A DNA stretch of 64,000 bases from the NCBI GenBank assembly GCA_025451045.1, contig JANWLD010000001.1:5812-69811 (forward strand), given 5' to 3'. This stretch comes from Candidatus Saccharimonadales bacterium (lineage in GTDB: Bacteria > Patescibacteriota > Saccharimonadia > Saccharimonadales > 2-12-FULL-41-12). Below are positions 7,892 through 16,387 of the stretch, piece after piece. The position numbers and the translations under genes are program-made. Position 1 is the first letter of the stretch, and each line of letters begins with the position of its first letter. The notes beneath the pieces are model-generated. The model saw nothing but the letters and a program-made list of their open reading frames with translations. It was not told the DNA's origin and made no database searches.

Positions 7892-9106
7892 TTAAGGGGA
7901 CGTACCTTCATAGACTATCGATTGCAATCCGAAATTAACGTCATTAACACCGGGTCTCCAGTAGTCGTTATCCCAGGTTATCTTCAGCGTAGAAGTAGGC
8001 TGGTTAGCGAACTGCAAGTCCGAAAACGTATATGTATGAAGCGTCTTGCAGTTATCGGTCGAATAAGAAGGCATGTCCGCGGTTGTTGAGCCGCCCGGGT
8101 AATCAATCTTTATATGATAACTATACCCCGGCGGCGGCGGGAAACAGGTACCCCCCGCCGGCGCATTGAAATAGTTTAAGGTAATGTTATAGGTACCAGA
8201 AGTAGGGATTAATGAATAGGTAACATTTGCCGGGTTTCCGGGCGGTGTTACCCCATTACCGGGTACCGTAGTGTCGGCACCGCCGGAAAGCCAGAAGACT
8301 TCGTTAGTAAAATCCGGGTCTGTTTTAAAGCAGTCGCCAACGCAGTTCAGATAAGCCTGTGCGCTTCCGGTAATACTAATACTGCAGGTAAGCGCATCAG
8401 GGGGTCCAGCCGGAGCGCTAAATAATGCCGGGCAATGTATGCAGGTATTAGTTGATATGTCCAGGTATCTATTAGCAGCGCAATTCGGCGGTGGATCGGC
8501 TTCGGAACCATACCCGGCGTCATATGAATCATCGTTACTGGCATCGCCGTCGCTCGGATGACAGCCCGGGTCATCTATATCTACCTTACTGTCGCCATCA
8601 TTATCCACGTCGTCGGCACAGACCGGATCAGTGCCAATAGTAGCCAAAGACGCCGCCGGAAGCTTATAGGACAAAGCTAGCGTCTGCTGTGGCGCGCTAG
8701 TAAGCGAGCTCCACGTGGTAGTAACGGTATAAGTATTGGTCGTAGTGTCGTACACTATGGCCGTTTTATAACGTCCCTGCCCGTTGTCCTTTGTGCCTTT
8801 GTTGCATTTAGTAGCGAGTGTTGTGGGCTTAGGCGGAATACCGCTAGCCGGGGTGCCGTCATCAAAACATTTATAGTGCGAGCCTTCCCAGTCCGTTGTA
8901 GGCTGTAAATAATTGCGGAGGAGTTCCAGTTGTTGTTCGCTTATTTTTTGTGCCTCTCCGCGCTCCTGAGACTGCTGGATGTATTGGCTGCTTCGGTTAG
9001 ACAGCGAATATGAAATGGTCAAAACCAAGCTTATAATAGCAATGGAAATCAAAACCTCGACTATCGTGTCGCCTTCTGAATTTTTTAGCAGTTTTTTTAT
9101 GGACAT
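7892..9106 (-). CDS. large type IV minor pilin with Asp-rich Ca-binding-like insert
   Basis: ATG 9106 gives MSIKKLLKNSEGD|TIVEVLISIAIISLVL (pilin-like N-terminus). The ORF-track start 9199 lies inside the upstream gene. Contains DDVDNDGDSKVDIDD. Confidence 0.7.
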   Translation of the reverse strand: MSIKKLLKNSEGDTIVEVLISIAIISLVLTISYSLSNRSSQYIQQSQERGEAQKISEQQLELLRNYLQPTTDWEGSHYKCFDDGTPASGIPPKPTTLATKCNKGTKDNGQGRYKTAIVYDTTTNTYTVTTTWSSLTSAPQQTLALSYKLPAASLATIGTDPVCADDVDNDGDSKVDIDDPGCHPSDGDASNDDSYDAGYGSEADPPPNCAANRYLDISTNTCIHCPALFSAPAGPPDALTCSISITGSAQAYLNCVGDCFKTDPDFTNEVFWLSGGADTTVPGNGVTPPGNPANVTYSLIPTSGTYNITLNYFNAPAGGTCFPPPPGYSYHIKIDYPGGSTTADMPSYSTDNCKTLHTYTFSDLQFANQPTSTLKITWDNDYWRPGVNDVNFGLQSIVYEGTSP

Positions 9107-9921
9107 GGCGTATCTATCTTTACATTTACTATAGTCTGGCTGCTGCCAGTTGCCAATTCGATTACCGCTTCGCGGTTTGAACCTTGCTCTTGCAAGCAAA
9201 TCCGTATGCCCTTGCTTGCTCTGGTTACACTGGTGGCATTTAATGCCGCGACCCTGTTAATAAAAGTAGCGCTTGAGGTATTTGTGGTGTTGCCTGTTAC
9301 AACCGCCAAGCTTGCCCGGCTGTTTAGCCCCGTGTTGATTGCCGAGCCGCCGGACACAGTAGATACTATGGCTAGCCCGGATATATTGCCGTTAGTGTCA
9401 GCACGCTTGACAGCATTAATTTGAACCCCTGAAACCAAAGAAGCATGTTCAATCAAATTACTAAGCTCGCTTAGAGCGTGCGGTTGCGCTTCTGTTATGC
9501 TGGTTACCGGCTGGTCTGATCCGGCTACGGCGCGGCGGCCGACTACCGTGTAGATATCCATTTTTGACTTATTGGCAGCGCTTGATGAGGCGTTCGGAGC
9601 GAACTGGATGGCCCGGCCGACGAAAATACAATCCGTGTTGGTTCCCTGGTTGGCAGAAACAGTTGTATTTATTGTAGGTGCCCCAGTGCCGCTAACCGAA
9701 CAGGAAAAGCCGTTAGTAGTCGGATAAAACCCTGTCTCTACATCATTTAATACATCTTGGATGTTTTGGGCGAAGGTGTTGACGCTTTCAGTAAATTGTG
9801 TCCGGCGGTTTTGCTGGTTATAAGTTACCAATGCGCTGATAAACAATGCGGAGCTGACAGTTAGGACAATAATCACTTCTATAATCGTATAACCGCCTCT
9901 AGTGTGGCGATAGTGGTTCAT
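9097..9921 (-). CDS. type IV minor pilin
   Basis: 274 aa. MNHYRHTRGG|YTIIEVIIVLTVSSALF prepilin signature. Confidence 0.7.
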   Translation of the reverse strand: MNHYRHTRGGYTIIEVIIVLTVSSALFISALVTYNQQNRRTQFTESVNTFAQNIQDVLNDVETGFYPTTNGFSCSVSGTGAPTINTTVSANQGTNTDCIFVGRAIQFAPNASSSAANKSKMDIYTVVGRRAVAGSDQPVTSITEAQPHALSELSNLIEHASLVSGVQINAVKRADTNGNISGLAIVSTVSGGSAINTGLNSRASLAVVTGNTTNTSSATFINRVAALNATSVTRASKGIRICLQEQGSNREAVIELATGSSQTIVNVKIDTPCP

Positions 9922-9928
9922 AAGCCAA

Positions 9929-9937
9929 ATTATAGCA
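9929..9937 (-). promoter_or_regulatory. extended -10 box TGCTATAAT upstream of the minor-pilin genes
   Basis: Minus-strand TGCTATAAT ends 7 nt before ATG 9921 and there is no SD. This implies a leaderless or near-leaderless start. Confidence 0.35.
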
Positions 9938-9951
9938 TAAGGGTAATAGAT

Positions 9952-9979
9952 GTATGGGGTATAAAGTATTAGGTATGAA
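9952..9979. repeat. heptad array, GGTA flavour
   Basis: GTATGGG GTATAAA GTATTAG GTATGAA: GTA at 9952, 9959, 9966, 9973. Confidence 0.6.
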
Positions 9980-9981
9980 GC

Positions 9982-9998
9982 CAGCGGCTTCGCCGCTG
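9982..9998. other. GC-rich hairpin downstream of pilD
   Basis: CAGCGGC-TTC-GCCGCTG, 7-bp stem. No U-tract on the pilD strand. Confidence 0.4.
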
Positions 9999-10025
9999 TT
10001 CTTCTGTCGTTTCATACTATATACG

Positions 10026-10862
10026 TCATACGTTATACAAGCTCAGGTAGTGGTTAATTATTGAAGTGCCGAATAATTGGACGATTATTGCGGCCATTAT
10101 CAGAAACGGCCCGAAAGGAATCCGTGATTTAGGACCGATTTTTTTGGTAAACATCATTGGCAGGGAGTAAACCGTTCCCAGCAGTGACGCCAAAAACAGC
10201 ATCAACAGGGCCGGCCAGGGGCCGCCGACGAGCAACCCGAGCAAAAAGCCAAGCTTAACATCGCCGCCGCCTATCCAAGAGCCTTTTGAGACCTGAAATA
10301 GCACATAAAACAGCCCGCCGCCTATCAACATCCCAATGATACTACTCTTTATAATATCGGTGTCCTGAGCGGCTAACGCACTGATGACTACACCTAGTAT
10401 CGCAATAAATATTAGAGGAAAAATTACCTTATTCGGTAATATCATATATTTTATATCATATATGGTTAGTATCATGAAGCCAGCTACAAACACCAGCCAA
10501 AGGGCAAAAGCAGCTGCATTTTGGCCCGATGACAGGTCATACGGCCAAAACAAGTAGGAAAACACGAACAGTAGCACCGTAGAGGCCTCTACCAGCGGAT
10601 ATTGCGGACTGATAGGCTGATTACAATACCGGCATTTTCCGGCTAGTATCAGCCAGCTAAATAGCGGTATCAGGTCTTTGGCGCCCAACATATGGCCGCA
10701 GTGCGGACAAAGGCTTCGGCCGCTTCTGATGGAATATTTAGCCCTTTCGCTGTTAGCCGCCTTGGGATGTTCTTCCCGCCAGTGCAAACGATACACAAAA
10801 GCATTTATAAAACTTCCCAGGCACAAACCAAGAATAACCAAGCCGATTATTATCATTAGCAA
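10026..10862 (-). CDS. pilD: prepilin peptidase / N-methyltransferase (A24 family)
   Basis: 278 aa polytopic membrane protein. Zn-finger CPHCGH...CRYC and catalytic-Asp motif GGGDVKL. Confidence 0.9.
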   Translation of the reverse strand: MLMIIIGLVILGLCLGSFINAFVYRLHWREEHPKAANSERAKYSIRSGRSLCPHCGHMLGAKDLIPLFSWLILAGKCRYCNQPISPQYPLVEASTVLLFVFSYLFWPYDLSSGQNAAAFALWLVFVAGFMILTIYDIKYMILPNKVIFPLIFIAILGVVISALAAQDTDIIKSSIIGMLIGGGLFYVLFQVSKGSWIGGGDVKLGFLLGLLVGGPWPALLMLFLASLLGTVYSLPMMFTKKIGPKSRIPFGPFLIMAAIIVQLFGTSIINHYLSLYNV

Positions 10863-10874
10863 TATGGTATCACA

Positions 10875-10907
10875 CCAAAAGAAAACGGGGCTTATTGCCC
10901 CGCTTTT
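10875..10907 (-). terminator. intrinsic terminator/attenuator after pilA
   Basis: Minus strand reads AAAGCGGGGC-AATAA-GCCCCGTTT followed by TTTTCTTTT. Located between the pilA stop (10925) and the pilD start (10862). Confidence 0.6.
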
Positions 10908-10924
10908 CTAAGAAACCGTAGATG

Positions 10925-11377
10925 TTAACCCTGCTGGCAAGTCGATGTGAAAGTACCTGCACCAGTTTCAGTTCCATAGACCACTACTACAGCTCTTGCC
11001 GGACCTCCTTGTGCCACGGTACCGTTACAAGTCGCCCCCGTGTAAACTTGGGCGTGGTCGGTAGTTTCTGCAGTTGTAGCCATAGCAGCTAAGTTCCAGT
11101 TACCGGCTCCTGCCGCTGGTGCATTGGCATAGTATCCAACGTTAGTAACTGCATCAAGCTGGGCTGCTGTAGGTAAAGTCCCGTTGTTATTTGAAGCATA
11201 CTCAGCCACCCCTCCTAGCAAAGATGATATATCATTCTTCCTTTGCGTGTTACGGCTGTTTCTTTGAAGCGCCGGTACCGCTAAGAATACTATAAGCAAG
11301 ATAAGCCCTGCTATTGCTAACACAATCAAGACTTCGATGATTGTGAAGCCTTTTTGTTGTTTTTGTAATTTTTTCAT
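10925..11377 (-). CDS. pilA: major type IV pilin
   Basis: 150 aa. MKKLQKQQKG|FTIIEVLIVLAIAGLILLIVFLAVPALQ. Strong promoter and RBS (GGTGAGGA) upstream, terminator downstream. Confidence 0.85.
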   Translation of the reverse strand: MKKLQKQQKGFTIIEVLIVLAIAGLILLIVFLAVPALQRNSRNTQRKNDISSLLGGVAEYASNNNGTLPTAAQLDAVTNVGYYANAPAAGAGNWNLAAMATTAETTDHAQVYTGATCNGTVAQGGPARAVVVVYGTETGAGTFTSTCQQG

Positions 11378-11418
11378 TATTTCCTCACCCTTTATACATT
11401 TAACTTCTTATGCTTTGA

Positions 11419-11447
11419 ATATTACTGCATGAAAATACTAAATGCAA
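11419..11447 (-). promoter_or_regulatory. sigma70-like promoter TTGCAT-17-TAATAT (pilA)
   Basis: -35 TTGCAT at 11447-11442, 17-nt spacer, -10 TAATAT at 11424-11419. The same hexamer pair occurs upstream of two MPEQ-family genes. Confidence 0.55.
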
Positions 11448-11455
11448 GCTTTTTT

Positions 11456-12676
11456 TTATTTAACTATGGTCTGGCCTGCCAAACCGTAGATTGGCAGAAG
11501 TACGGCCGCTACTACAATAAACGCGACTACACCTAATATAACCATCAGAACCGGCTCGATTATCGTTGAAATCGCCTTTATCTGGTTATCGACCTCTTTT
11601 TCGTAATAATCGGCAGTTTTTTCCAGCATATCTTCCAAAGCGCCCGATTCCTCCCCTATTCTAAGCATATTAGGTACCAGTACTAAAAAGTTCGGGTCGC
11701 CTTCCAGCGCAGTGGCCAGGGATTTGCCGCCCTTTACTTTCTCGATAGCGTTTTTAATCGACCTCTCTATATGCACATTGTTAATGGCCCGGCTGACCAC
11801 TTCCAGCATCTTGATAAGCGGTATTCCGCTGGAAACCAGCGTTGAACCGGTGCGCGCAAAACGAGCCATATAAACTTTCATAAACAACGGTCCAATCGGC
11901 GGGACGGTCATCTTGAGCTTGTCGATAACCTGTTTGCCCGGACCGGTACGGGCATAACGGGTAGTCGCGATAACAGCAATAATTATGAGTATTAATACCA
12001 CCCACCAGTACTTCGTGACAAAATGTGAAACACCTAAAAGAGCTTTGGTTATAAAAGGTAGGTTAGCGCCAGGGATGTCCTTGTAGATTACTTCCACTTG
12101 CGGCATGACTTTTACCACCATGAAGCCCACGACTCCGCCCATTACCAAAAGTACTATCGCCGGATAAGCCATAGCGCCGCGGATTTTACCGGCAATTTCG
12201 GCGTCCTTTTCCTGTTGGTTGGCGATGCGCTCCAAGGCGTTATCTAAAGTTCCAGACACTTCTCCAGCGGCAACCATGTTGATGTAAACATCATTAAAAA
12301 CCCTTGGATGCTGAGATAAAGCTTCAGACAAGGCTTTCCCGCCTTCTACATCGGTAATAATCTGGTTGATTACTACTTTGAACGCTTTGTTCTCGGTTTG
12401 GCTTACTACGTTGCGCAGGCTTTGGACCAAAGGCAGGCCGGCATTAATCAGCGTTGACATCTGGCGTGAAAAAATCACCTTGTCTTTGGTCGCAATACGG
12501 TTTCTGAATTTGGAAATAGGGTTAGAAGAAGGGCCAGTAAGCGGTTTTATCTCAAGAGGCGCCAAGCCTTCTTTGCGGATAAGTTTGGCGGCGGCGGCTT
12601 CGTTGTCGGCTTGTACTTCTGCTTTTATTTTTTGGCCGGTTGCCGGATCCCGCGCCGTATATGAAAAAGTTAACAC
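11456..12676 (-). CDS. pilC: type IV pilus platform protein (T2SS F family)
   Basis: 406 aa, duplicated GspF domains, 3 TM segments. GTG start with GGAGG RBS. Confidence 0.9.
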   Translation of the reverse strand: MLTFSYTARDPATGQKIKAEVQADNEAAAAKLIRKEGLAPLEIKPLTGPSSNPISKFRNRIATKDKVIFSRQMSTLINAGLPLVQSLRNVVSQTENKAFKVVINQIITDVEGGKALSEALSQHPRVFNDVYINMVAAGEVSGTLDNALERIANQQEKDAEIAGKIRGAMAYPAIVLLVMGGVVGFMVVKVMPQVEVIYKDIPGANLPFITKALLGVSHFVTKYWWVVLILIIIAVIATTRYARTGPGKQVIDKLKMTVPPIGPLFMKVYMARFARTGSTLVSSGIPLIKMLEVVSRAINNVHIERSIKNAIEKVKGGKSLATALEGDPNFLVLVPNMLRIGEESGALEDMLEKTADYYEKEVDNQIKAISTIIEPVLMVILGVVAFIVVAAVLLPIYGLAGQTIVK

Positions 12677-12695
12677 GTCGCAACCTCCGGTTGCT

Positions 12696-12768
12696 TAGGT
12701 TCTAGCGAATAGGGACTAGTGAATAGGCCAAACCCTAAAACCTCTAACCTATGACCTATGACCTTATG
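12696..12768. repeat. inverted pair of heptad arrays (TAG x5, then CCT x5)
   Basis: TAG at 12696, 12703, 12710, 12717, 12724. CCT at 12734, 12741, 12748, 12755, 12762. Followed by hairpin ATGATGT/ACATCAT at 12766-12792. Confidence 0.75.
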
Positions 12769-12793
12769 ATGTTGAGTAAAGCGAGACATCATT

Positions 12794-13876
12794 TTAGCTT
12801 CTCATTAACCTGTCTAATTCTTCTATATCTATGGCAAAGTTACGGGCTTCGTCATAAGTAATGGTACCGGCATGTATCAGGCTGACTAAAGTTTTGTCCA
12901 TGGATTGCATTCCATGTTCCGCGCCGGTTTGGATTACCGCGTCAAGCTGGTGGCTTTTGCCTTCTCGAACTATATTTCTTACGGCCGGAGTAGCTATCAG
13001 CACTTCTGCCGCCGCTATTCTGCCGCCGCCAATGGTAGGTACAAGCCGCTGGGCGCAAATGGCCATTAATATATTACTGAGCTGGGCTCGTATTTGCGGT
13101 TGCTGGTGGGGCGGGAACACGTCTATCATACGGTCAATACTCTGAGACGCGCTGTTAGTATGAAGCGTCGCGAACACAAGGTGCCCTGTTTCAGCGATAG
13201 TTATAGCCGCCGCGATAGTTTCCAAATCGCGCATTTCACCGATAAGAACCACATCGGGGTCCTGGCGCAGACTGCTACGAAGCGCGGCTGAAAACGAATA
13301 AGTGTCATAATGGACTTCACGCTGGACAACTACAGCTTTCTTGCTTTTGTGGGTGTATTCTATGGGGTCTTCAATCGTTACTATATGCGAAGGCCGCTCA
13401 CTGTTAATCTGGTCCACCAAAGCCGCCAAAGTCGTGGACTTGCCAGAGCCGGTTGGGCCGGTAACCAATACCAGTCCCCGTGGATATTCGGAAAACTTTT
13501 CTATGGTTTTGGGCAATCCCAGTTGGGCAATTGTACGGATTTCATTAGGAATTAACCTTAAAGCCGCCGCGAGGTTGCCGCGCTCATGGAAGGCATTGAC
13601 CCTGAATCGTCCAAGGTCGCCAAAAGCAAAGCTGAAATCAAATTCCTTGTCTTTGAGCAAAATCTGCTTTTGCTCATCGTCTAAAATAGCAAATATCAAC
13701 GTTTCGACGGACTCTTCTGTCAGCGCCGGCGCGCCATGGACGGCTATCAGACTGCCGTCGATCCGAAGCATTGGCGGCAAACCGACTTGAATATGCAAGT
13801 CCGAGGCGTTCTTTTTGATTACGTCTTCCAACAGTATTTCTATTTTCAGATCAGCTCCAGCCATGTTATATCCCAT
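12794..13876 (-). CDS. pilT: twitching-motility retraction ATPase
   Basis: 360 aa. Walker A GPTGSGKST, Asp box, His box ATLHTNSA, PilT-type length. Confidence 0.9.
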   Translation of the reverse strand: MGYNMAGADLKIEILLEDVIKKNASDLHIQVGLPPMLRIDGSLIAVHGAPALTEESVETLIFAILDDEQKQILLKDKEFDFSFAFGDLGRFRVNAFHERGNLAAALRLIPNEIRTIAQLGLPKTIEKFSEYPRGLVLVTGPTGSGKSTTLAALVDQINSERPSHIVTIEDPIEYTHKSKKAVVVQREVHYDTYSFSAALRSSLRQDPDVVLIGEMRDLETIAAAITIAETGHLVFATLHTNSASQSIDRMIDVFPPHQQPQIRAQLSNILMAICAQRLVPTIGGGRIAAAEVLIATPAVRNIVREGKSHQLDAVIQTGAEHGMQSMDKTLVSLIHAGTITYDEARNFAIDIEELDRLMRS

Positions 13877-13883
13877 CCTTCAT

Positions 13884-15680
13884 TTACGCGTTATCCTCCG
13901 CCGCCACGCGGTTAACTTCGGCTATTGAGGTATATCCGGCCAGTGCCTTAAGGTAACCGTCTTCTCTCATAGTTACCATGCCATTAGCTACCGCCGCTTT
14001 TTGTATTTCGGTGCTTGTGGAGTGTTTGAGTATCAGTTGTTGAATCATCTCATCCACCTGAAAGACCTCGTATAACCCCATGCGACCTTTGTACCCCCCT
14101 GGTGTCTCCGGGCTATCTTTACCCTTGAACAAAGTATAACCGTTTTGGCTGGCCAGAGGCAAGTCCGGGAAACCGAGATCTTCAATGACAGCTTTTCTTG
14201 AAGCCTCGTCCTTTGGTAGCAAGCGGCCGATACTTTTTTGTACGGCTTCCGTTTCGATAACATCGGACTGATATTTTTCCTTGCTGTCAGCTAGCCGGCG
14301 TACCAGCCGCTGGCCGATGACAGTATGCACGGTCGAGGCTATCAAAAACGGCTCTATCCCCATATCGAGCAACCGCGGCAAGATGCCCGCAGCCGAATTG
14401 GTATGAAGAGTAGAAAATACCAAGTGGCCGGTCAATGCGGCCTGTACAGCCAACGTAGCGGTTTCTTTGTCGCGGATTTCTCCAATCATTACCACATCGG
14501 GGTCCTGGCGCAGGATTGATCTTAGGCCAGACGCAAAGGTCAAGCCAACTTCCGGATTAACTTGTATCTGGTTAATCCCGTCCATTTTATATTCCACAGG
14601 GTCTTCAAGCGTAACGATATTTATAGTGTCATTTTTTATTTCCTGGATAAGCGCGTACAACGAAGTTGACTTGCCCGAGCCGGTCGGGCCGGATGTAAGT
14701 ATCATTCCGTTTGGTCTTTTAATACTTCTTCTAATGGTCCGAAGCGCGCGGCCATGATAGCCCATGTCTTCAAGCTTTAGGCTGGTGCCGGTCTTGTCCA
14801 GCAACCTGATAACAACTTGCTCCCCCCATACGACTGGCGATATAGCGATACGCAAATCAATAGCAGTATCCTGATCGATTGCCACAGTAAATCCGCCGTC
14901 TTGAGGTATTCTGTGTTCATCAATTTTTAGATTGCTCAAGATTTTTATTCGGGAAATCAATGGCGGTTCTGTGGATTTTGGAAGTTTCATTATTTCGCGC
15001 AAAACGCCGTCTATCCGACAGCGGATTTTTAGTTCATGTTCCAGCGGTTCAATATGGACGTCACTAGCGCGGTGCTTGGCGGCATATTCCAAAATAGTGG
15101 AAAGTGCCTTGCTGATTGGAGAATCTTCTACGATGGTTTTTATTTGGGTTTCAGCTTTGGTTTTGGTTTTGTCAACTAGCAGTTGCTGGACATCTATGGA
15201 GTCGCTCATTGCCTTGGCCACGTCTGCTTCTACATCGTCGGCATATTGGCGCAAGACTTGTCTTATACCTTGCTCGCTGGCTGTGTAAACTTTAATCGGG
15301 CGGTTTATCCTCTTCGCCAGATAATCCACGGCCTGGACGTTGTCCGCGTCCAACATGGCTACTACCAGCCTGCCCTTTATTTGTCCAAGCGGTACGGCCA
15401 TGTATCTTTCAGCTATTTCCTTTGGTATTACCCTTAGTAATCTTTTATCAATACGCGCGTCCATCAGGTTTACATACGGTATATGATTGACTTTCGCGAT
15501 AATCTTGGTCAAGGCTTCGTTGGGTAAATGGCCTTCCTTTACCAAAAATCCGAAAAAGGGCGTAGATGAAGTCTTGGCTTTTTCTTTAAGAACAGCCAAT
15601 TTAGCATCTGTAAGATACCCCTCTTTGACCAAGTTTTCTTCTACCATTTTCTGGCTAGCTACTGATAAAACACTACTCAT
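13884..15680 (-). CDS. pilB: type IV pilus assembly ATPase (GspE/PilB family)
   Basis: 598 aa. N-terminal GSPII-like domains, Walker A GPTGSGKST, STLHTNSAAG. ATG overlaps the stop of the upstream four-helix-bundle ORF (ATGA). Confidence 0.9.
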   Translation of the reverse strand: MSSVLSVASQKMVEENLVKEGYLTDAKLAVLKEKAKTSSTPFFGFLVKEGHLPNEALTKIIAKVNHIPYVNLMDARIDKRLLRVIPKEIAERYMAVPLGQIKGRLVVAMLDADNVQAVDYLAKRINRPIKVYTASEQGIRQVLRQYADDVEADVAKAMSDSIDVQQLLVDKTKTKAETQIKTIVEDSPISKALSTILEYAAKHRASDVHIEPLEHELKIRCRIDGVLREIMKLPKSTEPPLISRIKILSNLKIDEHRIPQDGGFTVAIDQDTAIDLRIAISPVVWGEQVVIRLLDKTGTSLKLEDMGYHGRALRTIRRSIKRPNGMILTSGPTGSGKSTSLYALIQEIKNDTINIVTLEDPVEYKMDGINQIQVNPEVGLTFASGLRSILRQDPDVVMIGEIRDKETATLAVQAALTGHLVFSTLHTNSAAGILPRLLDMGIEPFLIASTVHTVIGQRLVRRLADSKEKYQSDVIETEAVQKSIGRLLPKDEASRKAVIEDLGFPDLPLASQNGYTLFKGKDSPETPGGYKGRMGLYEVFQVDEMIQQLILKHSTSTEIQKAAVANGMVTMREDGYLKALAGYTSIAEVNRVAAEDNA

Positions 15681-16072
15681 TTGTTTTGACCTCCGTCAAA
15701 ACTAGGTTCTAGGTCATAGGTTTTAGGTTCTAGATTCTTATATAAGGAAAAAAGCATTTTCTGAATTTCCGTTAAACTGCCTATTAAATTACCGACTTCT
15801 CGCTTGTAAACATCTTGTGCAATCAATAGCTGGGTCTCGAGTTCTCCAGCTGAGCCGCGGGCTATATTTAAAAATTGCCTATACTCTTTTCTGCTATTCC
15901 TTTGATTTCCTTCGGCTATATTACTGGGTATTGAAACTGCGCATCGTTGCAATTGGCTTGATAGACCAAATTGCTCTGTTTTGGGTAGTTTGGCGGTAAA
16001 TTTATAGACATCCTTGGACAATTGAAAAGATTTCTGCCAAACAATTAAGTCTTTGTAAGAAGAAATAACCAT
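15677..16072 (-). CDS. four-helix-bundle protein (S23p / 23S rRNA intervening-sequence protein family, Avd-like)
   Basis: 131 aa. Family hallmarks LIVWQKS, SQLQRCAVSIPSNIAEG, ARGSAGELETQL. The C-terminal 15-18 aa (NLEPKTYDLEPSFDGGQNK) are read from the heptad array at 15703-15737. Confidence 0.85.
   Translation of the reverse strand: MVISSYKDLIVWQKSFQLSKDVYKFTAKLPKTEQFGLSSQLQRCAVSIPSNIAEGNQRNSRKEYRQFLNIARGSAGELETQLLIAQDVYKREVGNLIGSLTEIQKMLFSLYKNLEPKTYDLEPSFDGGQNK
15703..15737. repeat. heptad array, TAGG flavour (left bracket of the four-helix-bundle gene)
   Basis: TAG at 15703, 15710, 15717, 15724, 15731. Contains TAGGTTTTA at 15717-15725. Confidence 0.8.
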
Positions 16073-16114
16073 TAGTATTAACTATAACCTACCGTTAGCG
16101 TTGTATCCATAAAA

Positions 16115-16149
16115 CCTAACCCCTGTCCCCTACAACCTACTCCCTATTC
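16115..16149. repeat. heptad array, CCTA flavour (right bracket, inverted polarity)
   Basis: CCT at 16115, 16122, 16129, 16136, 16143. TAAAACCTA at 16110-16118 is the exact reverse complement of 15717-15725. Confidence 0.8.
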
Positions 16150-16150
16150 T

Positions 16151-16387
16151 TTAAAATGGTTGCGGATTAGTTGTGTCGCCTATCTGTATAAGCTTGGTCG
16201 GGTCTATGGCATTGTTGTTAAATACTGCCGGGTCAGGTGTTTGAAAATCCGCGTTTATTGGTTGGACAGTTTCAGCTGTAAGGTTACGTTGGCTAGCGGA
16301 AGTAAAGAATATTTTTGAAATCACCACAGAGAACACCGCCGCGAACACAGCAACTATGACAATTACCATGATGTCTTTGCGTCGCAT
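16151..16387 (-). CDS. small single-pass membrane protein (PilP position)
   Basis: 78 aa, TM IMVIVIVAVFAAVFSVVISKIFF. Start overlaps the upstream stop. The functional label comes from position only. Confidence 0.4.
   Translation of the reverse strand: MRRKDIMVIVIVAVFAAVFSVVISKIFFTSASQRNLTAETVQPINADFQTPDPAVFNNNAIDPTKLIQIGDTTNPQPF

Noticed and set aside
12696-12768. Integron attC-like sites (imperfect inverted repeats flanking a small cassette gene)
   Set aside because: No integron integrase, no attI, and no cassette array is present. The arrays sit inside conserved core operons and lack the attC R/L box organisation as far as can be judged by eye.
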